This document shows positions 1-9,159 of a stretch of DNA of 50,926 nt, piece by piece. This DNA is from Elusimicrobiota bacterium (lineage in GTDB: Bacteria; Elusimicrobiota; Elusimicrobia; UBA1565; UBA9628), in NCBI GenBank assembly GCA_016204945.1, contig JACQJQ010000100.1, forward strand, positions 1-50,926. The letters are read 5' to 3'. The notes below the pieces were generated by a model, which was given only the letters and a program-made list of their open reading frames with translations, ran no database searches and was not told the origin of the DNA. The position numbers and the translations under genes are program-made. Position 1 is the stretch's first letter. Each line of letters starts with the position of its first letter.

Positions 1-574
1 CCGCGGCGGAGGCGACCTCGGGCCTGTCGTTTAAAATGCCGATCGCGGCGGGATCGAAGAAGCGGGCCTGGAAATTGGCGGAAACGCCGAGCGAAGTGAG
101 CCACTGGCGGACCGTCAGGCGCTCGACGGCCTCGGGGACGGGGCCGGACGTCATGGACTTGAGCGCCCTGCCGAACGCCGCCAACGCCGTCTTTTCCCTC
201 CACGACACGCCCTTGAGGCCCAGCAGGCCGGCGGCCAGGTGCAGCGGGGCCGGAAGCCACGAGGGGCAATGCAACCGGTCCCGTTTCCCGCCCGGCTCGG
301 CGTAGTCGACGATGACGTCGCGATCAAAAGCGAGCTTGTCTTCGGTCCCGATCGTTTTTAAGAACTTTCGAGTGGCCCGGTAGCACCCCATGAACAGATG
401 CTGACCATTGTCGATATCGAGACCGTTCTCTTTGAAGGAATAAGCTCGGCCGCCAAGGTGAGGTTTTTTGTCGAGCACCAGGACCTTGCGGCCTTTTTCC
501 GCCAAGGCCACGGCGCAGGAAAGCCCCGCGAAGCCCCCGCCGAGGACGATCGCGTCGGATCGGTCAAAACCCAT
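1..574 (-). CDS. hpnE: squalene-associated FAD-dependent desaturase (hydroxysqualene oxidoreductase) HpnE, N-terminal part; the gene continues past the left edge
   Basis: My own translation from the ATG at 572-574 (minus) gives MGFDRSDAIVLGGGFAGLSCAVALAEKGRKVLVLDKKPHLGGRAYSF..DNGQHLFMGCY, a GxGxxG FAD fold of the amine-oxidase/phytoene-desaturase type. It follows hpnC-hpnD directly and overlaps the hpnD stop by 11 nt. It is absent from the ORF track because it runs off the window. Confidence 0.8.
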   Translation of the reverse strand, partial: MGFDRSDAIVLGGGFAGLSCAVALAEKGRKVLVLDKKPHLGGRAYSFKENGLDIDNGQHLFMGCYRATRKFLKTIGTEDKLAFDRDVIVDYAEPGGKRDRLHCPSWLPAPLHLAAGLLGLKGVSWREKTALAAFGRALKSMTSGPVPEAVERLTVRQWLTSLGVSANFQARFFDPAAIGILNDRPEVASAA

Positions 575-1406
575 GACAATACAGCCACGCCTTGAGCGCG
601 AGCGCCAGCTTCCGACGGCCCGAGAGGCTCGTCTTTCGGAAGAAGACGCGGTATCCGCGCGCCTTGATCTCATCGAGAAGGCCCTCGTACACGTGGGCCA
701 TGACCTCGGCGGGCAGCAGGCCCGGCCGGTCGCGGACGTCCACGAGCGCGCGCGCGCGCGCGTAGTAGCCCTTCGCGCGCCCGTACTGGCCCTCCATGAG
801 GCGGACGAACGCCGGCCCCTGGTCGCGCGCGAGCAGCCGCTCGACGGAATAGCCGGCGGCGCGGATCTCGGACAACGGCAGGTAAATGCGGCCCAGCCCC
901 AAGTCGTCTCCGACGTCGCGGACGATGTTCGTCAGTTGGAAAGCGTAGCCGAACGTCGCGGCGAACTCATGCATGCGGTCCTTCGGCGTGTGCTTCCAGC
1001 CGAAGATATGGACGCACATGGTTCCCACGGAGGAGGCCACGCCCCGCATGTAGCTCTCGAGGTCGGCGGCGGTCTCGTAGCGCGTCCCGTCGAGGTCCAT
1101 CGCGCAGCCGCGGATCATCTCGAGAAAGGCGTCCCGGGGGATGCCGTAGTCCGCGACGGGCTTGAGGAGGCCGCGGGAGACGGCGTGCGTCGGCGCGCCC
1201 CGGTACAGAAGAGACACCTCCTCGCGCCAGAAATCAAGCCGGCGCCGCGCCTCGTCCCGGTTCCCCCCCGGCTTGTCGACGATGTCGTCGATGAGCCGGC
1301 AGTAGGCGTAAACGGCGGACAGGGCCTCGCGCTTGGGCTTCGACAGGAGCAGGAAGCCCAGGAAAAAGTTCGACTTCTTCTCGGCCGGGGGCGGCGCGGA
1401 GATCAT
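564..1406 (-). CDS. hpnD: presqualene diphosphate synthase HpnD (squalene/phytoene synthase family)
   Basis: Internal start MISAPPPAEKKSNFFLGFLLLSKPKREALSAVYAYCRLIDDIVD, then a second Asp-rich box NIVRDVGDDLGLGRIYLP. Its ATG overlaps the hpnC stop (ATGA at 1403-1406). The longer track ORF to 2051 is an out-of-frame extension over hpnC. Confidence 0.85.
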   Translation of the reverse strand: MISAPPPAEKKSNFFLGFLLLSKPKREALSAVYAYCRLIDDIVDKPGGNRDEARRRLDFWREEVSLLYRGAPTHAVSRGLLKPVADYGIPRDAFLEMIRGCAMDLDGTRYETAADLESYMRGVASSVGTMCVHIFGWKHTPKDRMHEFAATFGYAFQLTNIVRDVGDDLGLGRIYLPLSEIRAAGYSVERLLARDQGPAFVRLMEGQYGRAKGYYARARALVDVRDRPGLLPAEVMAHVYEGLLDEIKARGYRVFFRKTSLSGRRKLALALKAWLYCHGF

Positions 1407-2290
1407 GTGCCGACGAGGGCGCGCGCGACCAGCGGAATCCACTCCCGTTTTTTCAGGGTCGGACGCGTCCGGATGGTGTCGAAGTCGAGCTGATGGATCA
1501 GCTTGAGAATCCGCATGCCGCCGTACCAGGTCAGGCGAATCTCGAGGGAGAGCGGCCAGCGCAGCTTCCCCGGCAAGGGCCTGCCCCGCTCGAACAAGGC
1601 TCGAGCGCGGGAAAGCTCGAACTTCATCAGATTCTTGAAGCGCTCGTTGTAGACCCCCATGCGCAGGTCGGCCTCGGAATAGCCGTGCGCCTTGAAGTCC
1701 TCCCCCGGAATGTAGATGCGGTCCTTCTTGAGATCGACGGAAACGTCCTGCCAGAAATTGGCGAGCTGCAGGCCGGTGCAGATCGCATCCGAGTACTCGA
1801 ACAGCTCCGCGTCCCTGTAGCCGTGGATCATCAGGACGATGCGCCCCACGGGATTGGCGGAACGGCGGCAATAATCGGCCACCTCGGCGAACGTCGCGTA
1901 GCGGTTTTTCTCCGTGTCCTGGATGAACGCCGAGAGCAGGTCGTCGAACGGCTCCTTGGGCAGGTCGAGCTCGCGCAGGGTCTCGCCGAGGGCCAGAAAG
2001 ATCGGATGCGCCGGCGGACGCCTCCCGAGATCGGCCAGCATCGAGCGCCACTCCAGAAGGCGCTCCCGCCGGACCCCCTCGTACTCGGGCTCGTCCGAAA
2101 AATCATCGGCGACGCGCGCGAAGGCGTACAACGCGGCGACGTGCCGGCGCAGGCGCTTGGGCAGCAGCAGGGAGGCGACCGGGAAATTCTCGTAGTGCCC
2201 GTCCGCCAGATCCTGGCAGAAGCGATAGGCGCCCGCGACGTCGCCCGGGGCCGAGAGCTTCGCCTCGTACGCCTTGAGCGTGCCCGCCAT
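1403..2290 (-). CDS. hpnC: hydroxysqualene synthase HpnC (squalene synthase family)
   Basis: 295-aa ORF with HYENFPVASLLLP, YAFARVADDFSDE and NFWQDVSVDLKKDRIYIP motifs. It lies first in the hpnCDE order. Confidence 0.85.
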   Translation of the reverse strand: MAGTLKAYEAKLSAPGDVAGAYRFCQDLADGHYENFPVASLLLPKRLRRHVAALYAFARVADDFSDEPEYEGVRRERLLEWRSMLADLGRRPPAHPIFLALGETLRELDLPKEPFDDLLSAFIQDTEKNRYATFAEVADYCRRSANPVGRIVLMIHGYRDAELFEYSDAICTGLQLANFWQDVSVDLKKDRIYIPGEDFKAHGYSEADLRMGVYNERFKNLMKFELSRARALFERGRPLPGKLRWPLSLEIRLTWYGGMRILKLIHQLDFDTIRTRPTLKKREWIPLVARALVGT

Positions 2291-3613
2291 TTACTTCTTG
2301 CCCACGCCGATGCGCGTGCGGCCGTCGCCGCGCTTCTGGTTCAGGCGCTTGAGCGGAGCGTCCGACCACTCGAACTCGAACTCGCCGCAGCGGACGCGAT
2401 CGCCGGAGCGTATGCCGGCCTTCTTCAGGGCGCGGTCGACGCCGATGCGCTTGAGCGTGTGCTGGTAGCGATTGATCGCCTCCGGCAGGCTGACGTCGAG
2501 CATCGCGGACGCGCGCTCGACGAACTTGCCGCGCAGGACGTAGCGTCCGCCGCCCAAATTTTCGACGACAAAGCCTTGCTCGACCCTGCGGACCGAGTCG
2601 TCGGCCGTCCGCTCCGTGAAATGCAGGGGGCCGTCGTGCTTGGCCAGCTCGGCGATGACGCGATCGAGGACCGCGTCGACGCCCGCGCCGGTCGCGACCG
2701 AGACCGCGAGAATATCCCGGCGCTTTTTCTTCAGCCGCCCCAGGACCTCGTCGCTCCCGGGAAGATCCATCTTATTGAGGACGAGAAGCTTGGGCTTGGC
2801 CGCGAGCCCCGGATTGAAGCGCTTGAGCTCGTTTTCGATCGTCTTGATCCCCTCCAGCGGCTCCGCGCCCATGTAGCCGGCGGGATCCACGAGATGGATC
2901 AGGAGGCGCGTGCGCTCGACGTGCTTGAGGAACTTCACGCCGAGACCCTTGCCCTCGGAGGCGCCTTCGATGAGGCCGGGGATGTCGGCCGCGACGAAGC
3001 TGACGTGCTTGTGGTAGGCGACGCCGAGGTTCGGCGACAGGGTGGTGAACGGATAGCCGGCGATCTTCGGGCGGGCGCTGGAGACGCGCGCCAAGAAGCT
3101 CGACTTGCCGGCGTTCGGAAAGCCGACGAGGCCGACGTCGGCGAGAAGCTTGAGCTCCAGGTCAAGCGCGGCCTTCTCGCCCGGACCGCCCTTCTCCGCG
3201 AGGCGGGGCGCGTTGTTGAGACGGGTCTTGAAGGACCAGTTGCCGCGGCCGCCGCGGCCGCCCTCGCCGGCCCGCCAGCGCTGTCCGTCCTTGTGCAGAT
3301 CGGCCACGAGCGCGCCGTCCCGGTAGACCAAGGTGCCGACGGGGACCGGGACCACGACCGAGTCGCCGTCGGCGCCGTGCTTATGCGAGCCCTTGCCGTG
3401 GCCGCCCCGCCCCGCGTCCACGTGCGGGCGGAAGTGCAGGTCCATCAAAGTAGTCAGGCGCGAGGCGGCCTCGAACCAGACATCCCCGCCGCGGCCTCCG
3501 TCGCCCCCGTTGGGGCCGCCCCACTCCATGTATTTCTCGTGCTTGAACGAGAGACAGCCGTCGCCCCCGTCGCCGGCGGCGACGAACACGCGGACCTTAT
3601 CGATGAAGTTCAT
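2291..3613 (-). CDS. obg: GTPase Obg/CgtA with C-terminal OCT domain
   Basis: MNFIDKVRVFVAAGDGGDGCLSFKHEKY.. glycine-rich Obg fold; G1 motif GFPNAGKSS; DIPGLIEGA; LNKMD. Conserved rplU-rpmA-obg order. Confidence 0.95.
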   Translation of the reverse strand: MNFIDKVRVFVAAGDGGDGCLSFKHEKYMEWGGPNGGDGGRGGDVWFEAASRLTTLMDLHFRPHVDAGRGGHGKGSHKHGADGDSVVVPVPVGTLVYRDGALVADLHKDGQRWRAGEGGRGGRGNWSFKTRLNNAPRLAEKGGPGEKAALDLELKLLADVGLVGFPNAGKSSFLARVSSARPKIAGYPFTTLSPNLGVAYHKHVSFVAADIPGLIEGASEGKGLGVKFLKHVERTRLLIHLVDPAGYMGAEPLEGIKTIENELKRFNPGLAAKPKLLVLNKMDLPGSDEVLGRLKKKRRDILAVSVATGAGVDAVLDRVIAELAKHDGPLHFTERTADDSVRRVEQGFVVENLGGGRYVLRGKFVERASAMLDVSLPEAINRYQHTLKRIGVDRALKKAGIRSGDRVRCGEFEFEWSDAPLKRLNQKRGDGRTRIGVGKK

Positions 3614-3690
3614 GCGGTAGCTCTGGAAACGGCGCGGCCGCCGGCGTCGCCGGCGGCCGTCATCGACGCGCGCGGGCGCGGCGGACCGGC

Positions 3691-3978
3691 TTACTTGGCG
3701 GCTTTCGCGGGCGCGGCCTTCGCGGCGGCGGGATACACGGACGCCATCTTCTTGTCCTTGTACGCCCACTCGAACGCCACGACGCCGTTGATCTTCGCGA
3801 ACAAAGTGTCGTCCTTGCCCCGCCCGACGTTCGTACCGGGAAGAATCTTGGTGCCGCGCTGGCGCATGATCACCATGCCGGCCTTGACGACTTCTCCGCC
3901 GTAGCGCTTGACGCCGAGGCGCTGTCCATGGGAGTCCCGGCCGTTCGCGGATGAGCCCTGTGCCTTTGTTGAAGCCAT
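3691..3978 (-). CDS. rpmA: 50S ribosomal protein L27
   Basis: [44 protein letters not shown].. is a typical L27 sequence. Confidence 0.95.
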   Translation of the reverse strand: MASTKAQGSSANGRDSHGQRLGVKRYGGEVVKAGMVIMRQRGTKILPGTNVGRGKDDTLFAKINGVVAFEWAYKDKKMASVYPAAAKAAPAKAAK

Positions 3979-3981
3979 ATT

Positions 3982-4293
3982 TTAGTTGAGGGAAATGCTC
4001 TCGATTTTGATGGACGTCAGCCACTGACGATGGCCCTGCGTCTTCTTGTAGGCCTTCTTGGTGCGCTTCTTGAAAACGATGATTTTCGGCCCCCGGCCCT
4101 GCTTCACGACGGTCGCCGTGACCTTCGCGGCGCGCGTGGACTTGGGCTCCTGCCCCTCGGGAGCGTCGCCCACGGCCCAGAGCGCGTTGAACGTCAAAGT
4201 CTCGCCCTCCTTGACCTCCAGCTTCTCGACCTTGACGGTCTCGCCGGGAACGACCCAAAGCTGTTTTCCGCCCGTCTCGATGATCGCGTACAT
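3982..4293 (-). CDS. rplU: 50S ribosomal protein L21
   Basis: MYAIIETGGKQLWVVPGETVKVEKL.. The sequence GAGGAG lies 4 nt upstream of the ATG. The rest of the 838-aa track ORF is antisense to nrdJ. Confidence 0.9.
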   Translation of the reverse strand: MYAIIETGGKQLWVVPGETVKVEKLEVKEGETLTFNALWAVGDAPEGQEPKSTRAAKVTATVVKQGRGPKIIVFKKRTKKAYKKTQGHRQWLTSIKIESISLN

Positions 4294-4419
4294 GGGACTC
4301 CTCTTGAGGTAGGCGTACATCATAACAAAAGCCTCGCCGCAACGCAACATGCCGCATGCGCCGGTCCGCCCCTCTGGCGACGCGCCCGGAAGGCTGTTAC
4401 ACTCCCGATTGGAACGCGG

Positions 4420-6480
4420 ATGGCCAAAACCAAGCCCCCCGGCAAGGTCCGCCTGACCGAGAATCAGCTCAAGGTCATCCAGGACAAGTACATGCGCGAC
4501 GCGCCGACGGTCGAGGCGTGGCTGATGGGCGTGGCGCGGAACGTGGCCCTGGGCGAGATCCTCTCCCACCCCCAAGCCGAGGCCTGGGGCGCGTTCGACG
4601 GGGTCAAGCGAAAAGTCGAGCGCGGCATGAGCCTCTACCACCAGGGCCTTGCCGACCACGACGCCCGTCACGCCAATTTCCGGCGCCTGATGGACAACCT
4701 GGAGAGGACGACGGCCAGGATTCCCGCGGCCAAGGCCCTTCGCGAAAAATGGGCGAACGCGTTCTACGACATGATGGCGCGCTGGGACTTTCTCCCCAAT
4801 TCCCCCACCTTGATGAACGCCGGCCGCGAGCTCCAGCAGCTGTCCGCCTGCTACGTTCTGCCGGTGCCCGACTCGATGGAGGGCATTACCAAGTCGCTCG
4901 GCGCCCAGGCCATGATTCAGAAGTCCGGCGGGGGCACGGGCTTCTCGTTTTCGTCGATACGCCCCAAAGGCGACCTCGTCAAGAAAACGCGGGGCGTGGC
5001 CTCGGGCGCCTTGTCCTTCATGAAGTTGTTCGACACGATGACCGAGGTGGTCAAGCAGGGCGGCGCGCGCCGCGGCGCCAACATGGCGGTCCTGCGCTAC
5101 GACCATCCCGAGATCATGGACTTCATCCGCATGAAAACCTCGCCGGGGATGCTGGAAAATTTCAACGTTTCGGTCGGCATCGACGAGGCCTTCATGCGCG
5201 CCGCGGAGGCCGACGCCGAGTACCCGCTGGTCAATCCCCGCTCGGGCGAGCCCGTCGGGAAGCTGCGCGCCCGGGAAGTCTTCGAGGCGATGGCCGAGTG
5301 CGCCTGGAAGACGGGCGACCCCGGCTTCGTCGTCCTCGACCGCATCAACGCCTCGGGCTCGAACACGACGCCGGCGCTCGGCCGAATCGAGAGCACGAAT
5401 CCCTGCGGCGAGCAGCCTCTCCTGCCCTGGGAGCCGTGCAACCTGGGCTCGCTCAATCTTTCCGCCTTCGTCGACGGCAAGGGCCGATGGAACTTCCCGC
5501 GCCTCGAGAAGAGCGTCGGCCTCGCCATCCGCTTCCTTGAGGACGTCATCGAGGTCAACGACTACCCGCTGCCCGAGATCGAGCGGCTCGCCAAGGGCAA
5601 TCGCCGCGTCGGGCTCGGCGTGATGGGGTGGGCCGAGGCGCTCGTCAAGTCCGGGGTCGCCTACGCGGACCCCGAGGCGCTCGAGTTGGCCGACAAGGTC
5701 ATGTCGTTCATCAACGCCGCGGCGCTCGACGCCTCGGAAAAAATCGCCGCGAAGCGCGGCCCGTTCCCGAACTGGAAGGATTCGGTCTACGATCCCATGT
5801 CCAGGCACTTCCGCGGCGAGAAGCGCCGTCCGCGCCATTGCGCGCGCACGACCATCGCGCCGACGGGCACCATCGCGATCGCGGCCGGACTCCAGGGCGG
5901 CGGCATCGAGCCGTTTTTCGCGATCGCGTACACGCGCTACAACGCGAGGGCCCTCGATCTCCTGGAAAGCGGCGGGACCCCGGACGACAAGGACGTCTTC
6001 TTCGAGGCGAATCCGCTCTTCAAGGAATTCGCCGCGAGCAGCGGCTGGTTCGGACTCGATGAGAAGACGCTGATGAAGCGGATCGACGAGAACCGTCAAT
6101 CCCTGAGCGGCATTCCCGAGATTCCGGAGCGCGTGCGGCGGCTGTTCGCCACGGCCCATGACATCTCGACGCAAACGCATGTCCGCATGCAGGCGGCCTT
6201 CCAGCGCCACGTCGACAACGGCGTCTCGAAAACGATCAACCTGCCGGAAACGGCGACGATCAAGGACGTCCGCGACGCCTATCTTCTCGCCTATCGCCTC
6301 GGCTGCAAAGGCGTCACCGTCTATCGCGACGCCTCCAAGGCCCGGCAGGTGCTCAATCTCCGCGCCTCCGCGGCGGCGCCGGCCGAGCGCTGCCCGAAAT
6401 GCCTCTCGCGCAACGTCGCGCGCGAGTCCGGGTGCTCCGGCGCGACCTGCCACGACTGCGGGCACTCCGAGTGCTCGTGA
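4420..6480 (+). CDS. nrdJ: adenosylcobalamin-dependent (class II) ribonucleotide reductase
   Basis: Start at MAKTKPPGKVRLTENQLKVIQDKYM. Motifs: LPNSPTLMNAG, SACYVLPVPDSMEGI, GGGTGFSFSSIRPKG, STNPCGEQPL. C-terminal Cys cluster CPKC..CHDCGHSEC. Confidence 0.9.
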   Translation: MAKTKPPGKVRLTENQLKVIQDKYMRDAPTVEAWLMGVARNVALGEILSHPQAEAWGAFDGVKRKVERGMSLYHQGLADHDARHANFRRLMDNLERTTARIPAAKALREKWANAFYDMMARWDFLPNSPTLMNAGRELQQLSACYVLPVPDSMEGITKSLGAQAMIQKSGGGTGFSFSSIRPKGDLVKKTRGVASGALSFMKLFDTMTEVVKQGGARRGANMAVLRYDHPEIMDFIRMKTSPGMLENFNVSVGIDEAFMRAAEADAEYPLVNPRSGEPVGKLRAREVFEAMAECAWKTGDPGFVVLDRINASGSNTTPALGRIESTNPCGEQPLLPWEPCNLGSLNLSAFVDGKGRWNFPRLEKSVGLAIRFLEDVIEVNDYPLPEIERLAKGNRRVGLGVMGWAEALVKSGVAYADPEALELADKVMSFINAAALDASEKIAAKRGPFPNWKDSVYDPMSRHFRGEKRRPRHCARTTIAPTGTIAIAAGLQGGGIEPFFAIAYTRYNARALDLLESGGTPDDKDVFFEANPLFKEFAASSGWFGLDEKTLMKRIDENRQSLSGIPEIPERVRRLFATAHDISTQTHVRMQAAFQRHVDNGVSKTINLPETATIKDVRDAYLLAYRLGCKGVTVYRDASKARQVLNLRASAAAPAERCPKCLSRNVARESGCSGATCHDCGHSECS

Positions 6481-6529
6481 TCGTCGGAATGTGACCAAAG
6501 TCGCTTCCTTTAATTACATGGAAGTTTCC

Positions 6530-6559
6530 TTGCTTTGTGGCCGACTAAGGACCTATACT
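6530..6559 (+). promoter_or_regulatory. sigma70-like promoter of the pilin module: TTGCTT (6530-6535), 18 nt, TATACT (6554-6559), then 8 nt to the ATG at 6568
   Basis: Hexamers read directly from the sequence. There is no Shine-Dalgarno between the -10 box and the ATG. Confidence 0.4.
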
Positions 6560-6567
6560 TCGTGGGC

Positions 6568-9159
6568 ATGCGCGAGCGAAACACGCGGCGGGGCGGCACC
6601 TTGACGGAGCTGATGGTGGCCGTCGCCGTCCTGTCCATCGGCGTCCTGGGCCTGTTCGGGGCGTTCCGCTTCATCGCCCGCACGACCCTGATCTCGCGCG
6701 CGACCTCGCTGGCCACCAATCTCGGCCAGGAGCGCATCGAGTCGCTCAAGAACCTGAACTATTACGCCCTCCAGATCACGACCGCGACCGGAACCGACTC
6801 GACCGTCGAACCGCACGTCCTTTACGACACGGTCAACTACCCCCCGGAAACAATCGCGATCGGCGGCATCACCTTCACGCGCTACACCTACGTGAGCATG
6901 GCCGAGCTCTCGGGCAGCGACATCGACGAGGTGTCCGCCACCTACCCCGACACCGGCCTCAAGCAGATCACGACCCACATCATCTGGTCGGAGGCGGGAC
7001 GGAAAAAGGTGTGGAGCCTGCGCAACCTGCTGGAGAACCCGAACATCAACCCGCTTGACTCGACGATCACCGGCACCGTGCGCAATTCCGCGGGCGGGAC
7101 GGTGGCCAGCGCCGTCGTGGTGGTCGAGCAGAACGAGGATTGGGGCGCCGCGGCGGACGGCTCCGGCGTGTTTTCGTTCTCGGTCTATCACGGCACCTAT
7201 ACTTTGCGCGCCTCCTCGCACAGCTTCACCGACGCCGTCTCCACGTCGGTCGTCGCCAGCAGGAGCGCGATCGCCGTGCGCGACCTCACCCTGACGTCCG
7301 TCCCGACCGGCTACATCTCCGGCAACGTCTGGTTCAACTCCGGCCTGGTCATCAGCCAGGTGGTCGCGGAGACCACGACCTGGACGGGAGGCGACCTCGT
7401 CCGCAACGTCGAGTACATCGAGCTGTTCAACCCCACGACTTATCCGATCAACATCGGAACGACCGGCGATCCCGAGATCCGCGTCGACTACGACTGCGAG
7501 GCCGCGGGGTTCGATAAGTCCCACGACGATTTTAATTTCGTTTTCATGACCACCTACGTGCCCGCGCGCCACCATTACCTCTTGGCCAGCGCGACGGCCT
7601 TCATGATCGACGGCGCGGCGGTCAACGCCGACGCCTGCTTCGGCGTGGCCCCCAACTGCGACACCGCGCCGACCATTCCCGACTATCTCGACAGCGCTCG
7701 CGCGGGCGGCCTGCGCCTGCGGCGCTACTCCGACAACGCCTACTACGACAGCGTGGGCTGGGACGACAACAACAACATCGCCAGCGCGGACCCCGGGATC
7801 GCGGAAGGAACCTCGATCCCCAATTATACGGCGGCTGGTCGCGACGGCTTGGAGGCGGGCAACCAAATCGTGCGCGTCTCAAGCCCCGGCGCCAGCGTGG
7901 CGGCCATGTGGACCTACGGACGCGCCTACGACTCGAACGACAACTCGAGGGACTTCTTGTATCCGTCCGGCGTGTTCGACGGGATCGTCTATTCGCCGAG
8001 GAACACGAGCAACAGCGAGCGCCCCACGATCACGGGCAAAACCGCGGTCGGCGCCTACGTCTCCGTCAGCGACCCGAACTCCGGCTCGACCATCGCCTAC
8101 GTCGCCTACGTCACGAGCGGGTCCCTCTCCTTGCCCTACGCGCGATTCGCGCTCCCGGGCGTCGCGACGGGGACCTGGAGCGCCGCCGCCGCCTACGGCT
8201 CGTACGCCGCCTTCATCGACTCCGTGACCGTCTCCCAAAACGCCTATACCGGCCTCCCCAACGCCGACACGACCCCCTCGTGGGCCGGAGCCAACCTGCA
8301 TCACATCGTGTTGACCGACTCGATGGTCTCCGGCTTCGTCAAGGGCGTGGTCACCGACTCCGCGGGCGCGCCGATCAACGGCATCACCGTGCAGGGCGGC
8401 GGAAGCTCGAAGGTCACGGGCTCCAACGGCGTGTACTTCATGCCCGTGTCGAGCGGAACGATCACGCTCGTCGCCAACCCCAACAACCTGGTCTCGACCT
8501 ACGTGCAGGGCGTGGAGACGCCCTCCGTGACGGAGGGCGCGGTCACGACGCAGAACTTCACCTTGCCCCTCGGCGGACGCATCACGGGCTATGTCACCAC
8601 CGGCACGACCCCGCTGGCCTACCAGCCCATCGCCGCCACGAGCGGTGGCAGCCAGTCCGGCGCCGGCGTCACCGACACCGGCGGCAACTTCACGATACGG
8701 AACGTCTCGACGGGCACCCACACGGTCTTCCCCGTGCTCGAATCCGGCCAGGACGTGACGCCGAACACGATCGACGTGATCCTGACCTCCGCCGGCGGCG
8801 TGTTCGCCGGCACCTTCACCGTCTCCGGGGCGTTCGGCAACATCGCGGGCACCATCTCCGACGCGGCCGGGCTCGTGACCTCCGGCGCCCTCCTCCTGGC
8901 CTCGACCAGCACGATCGCCAGCTCGCCCTCGGCCATCGTGGCCTCGTCGGCGCCGGCGCAGCTGCCCATGTACATGGTCTCGAGCAAGGCCGACGGCAGC
9001 TACACCCTGCCGGTGCGCGGCGGCGCCAGCCCCTACTATCTCTCCGTCTACGTCCCCGTGATCTCGGCCGCGGGCGGCGTGTCGATAACGACCAAGACCT
9101 ACAGCGGGATCGTCGTCAGCCCGAGCTCGACGACGGTCAAGTACGTGACGATCCCATGA
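6568..9159 (+). CDS. giant PilV-like type IV minor pilin (863 aa) with a lamin-tail domain and four CarboxypepD_reg-like segments
   Basis: Prepilin signal MRERNTRRG|GTLTELMVAVAVLSIGVLGLFGAF with Glu at +5. LTD hallmarks VEYIELFNPTTYPINI .. GGLRLRRYSDNAYYDSVGW. Repeated G-x-V-x-(D/N)-x-x-G-x-x-(I/V)..A-x-V ...G-x-(F/Y) blocks. I prefer the ATG at 6568 to the track's TTG at 6535 because it gives a 9-aa leader peptide. Confidence 0.8.
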   Translation: MRERNTRRGGTLTELMVAVAVLSIGVLGLFGAFRFIARTTLISRATSLATNLGQERIESLKNLNYYALQITTATGTDSTVEPHVLYDTVNYPPETIAIGGITFTRYTYVSMAELSGSDIDEVSATYPDTGLKQITTHIIWSEAGRKKVWSLRNLLENPNINPLDSTITGTVRNSAGGTVASAVVVVEQNEDWGAAADGSGVFSFSVYHGTYTLRASSHSFTDAVSTSVVASRSAIAVRDLTLTSVPTGYISGNVWFNSGLVISQVVAETTTWTGGDLVRNVEYIELFNPTTYPINIGTTGDPEIRVDYDCEAAGFDKSHDDFNFVFMTTYVPARHHYLLASATAFMIDGAAVNADACFGVAPNCDTAPTIPDYLDSARAGGLRLRRYSDNAYYDSVGWDDNNNIASADPGIAEGTSIPNYTAAGRDGLEAGNQIVRVSSPGASVAAMWTYGRAYDSNDNSRDFLYPSGVFDGIVYSPRNTSNSERPTITGKTAVGAYVSVSDPNSGSTIAYVAYVTSGSLSLPYARFALPGVATGTWSAAAAYGSYAAFIDSVTVSQNAYTGLPNADTTPSWAGANLHHIVLTDSMVSGFVKGVVTDSAGAPINGITVQGGGSSKVTGSNGVYFMPVSSGTITLVANPNNLVSTYVQGVETPSVTEGAVTTQNFTLPLGGRITGYVTTGTTPLAYQPIAATSGGSQSGAGVTDTGGNFTIRNVSTGTHTVFPVLESGQDVTPNTIDVILTSAGGVFAGTFTVSGAFGNIAGTISDAAGLVTSGALLLASTSTIASSPSAIVASSAPAQLPMYMVSSKADGSYTLPVRGGASPYYLSVYVPVISAAGGVSITTKTYSGIVVSPSSTTVKYVTIP

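Noticed and set aside
1493-3904. 803-aa plus-strand ORF spanning hpnC and obg
   Set aside because: It is antisense to two genes with unmistakable family motifs. Its translation is R/G/A/P/L-rich low-information sequence, typical of high-G+C shadow frames.
4294-4419. Possible cobalamin riboswitch or NrdR boxes upstream of nrdJ
   Set aside because: The spacer is only 126 nt and is shared with the divergent rplU promoter and SD site. That is too short for a B12 riboswitch. I could find no acaCwAtATaTwGtgt-like palindrome.
4294-6498. Upstream 735 codons of the 838-aa minus-strand ORF 3982..6498
   Set aside because: Only the last 103 codons (rplU, 3982-4293) are real. The remainder is antisense to the class II RNR gene and has shadow-frame composition.
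6535-6567. TTG start at 6535 for the giant pilin (the longest ORF in the track)
   Set aside because: It would give a 21-aa leader before the G|GTLTE cleavage site and would start inside the promoter-like TTGCTT/TATACT element. The ATG at 6568 gives a typical 9-aa prepilin leader. This remains unproven.
6553-7866. 437-aa minus-strand ORF inside the giant pilin gene, and similar ORFs at 7879..8721 and 8619..8987
   Set aside because: They are antisense shadows of a gene with a clear prepilin signal and domain patterns. They have no motifs.
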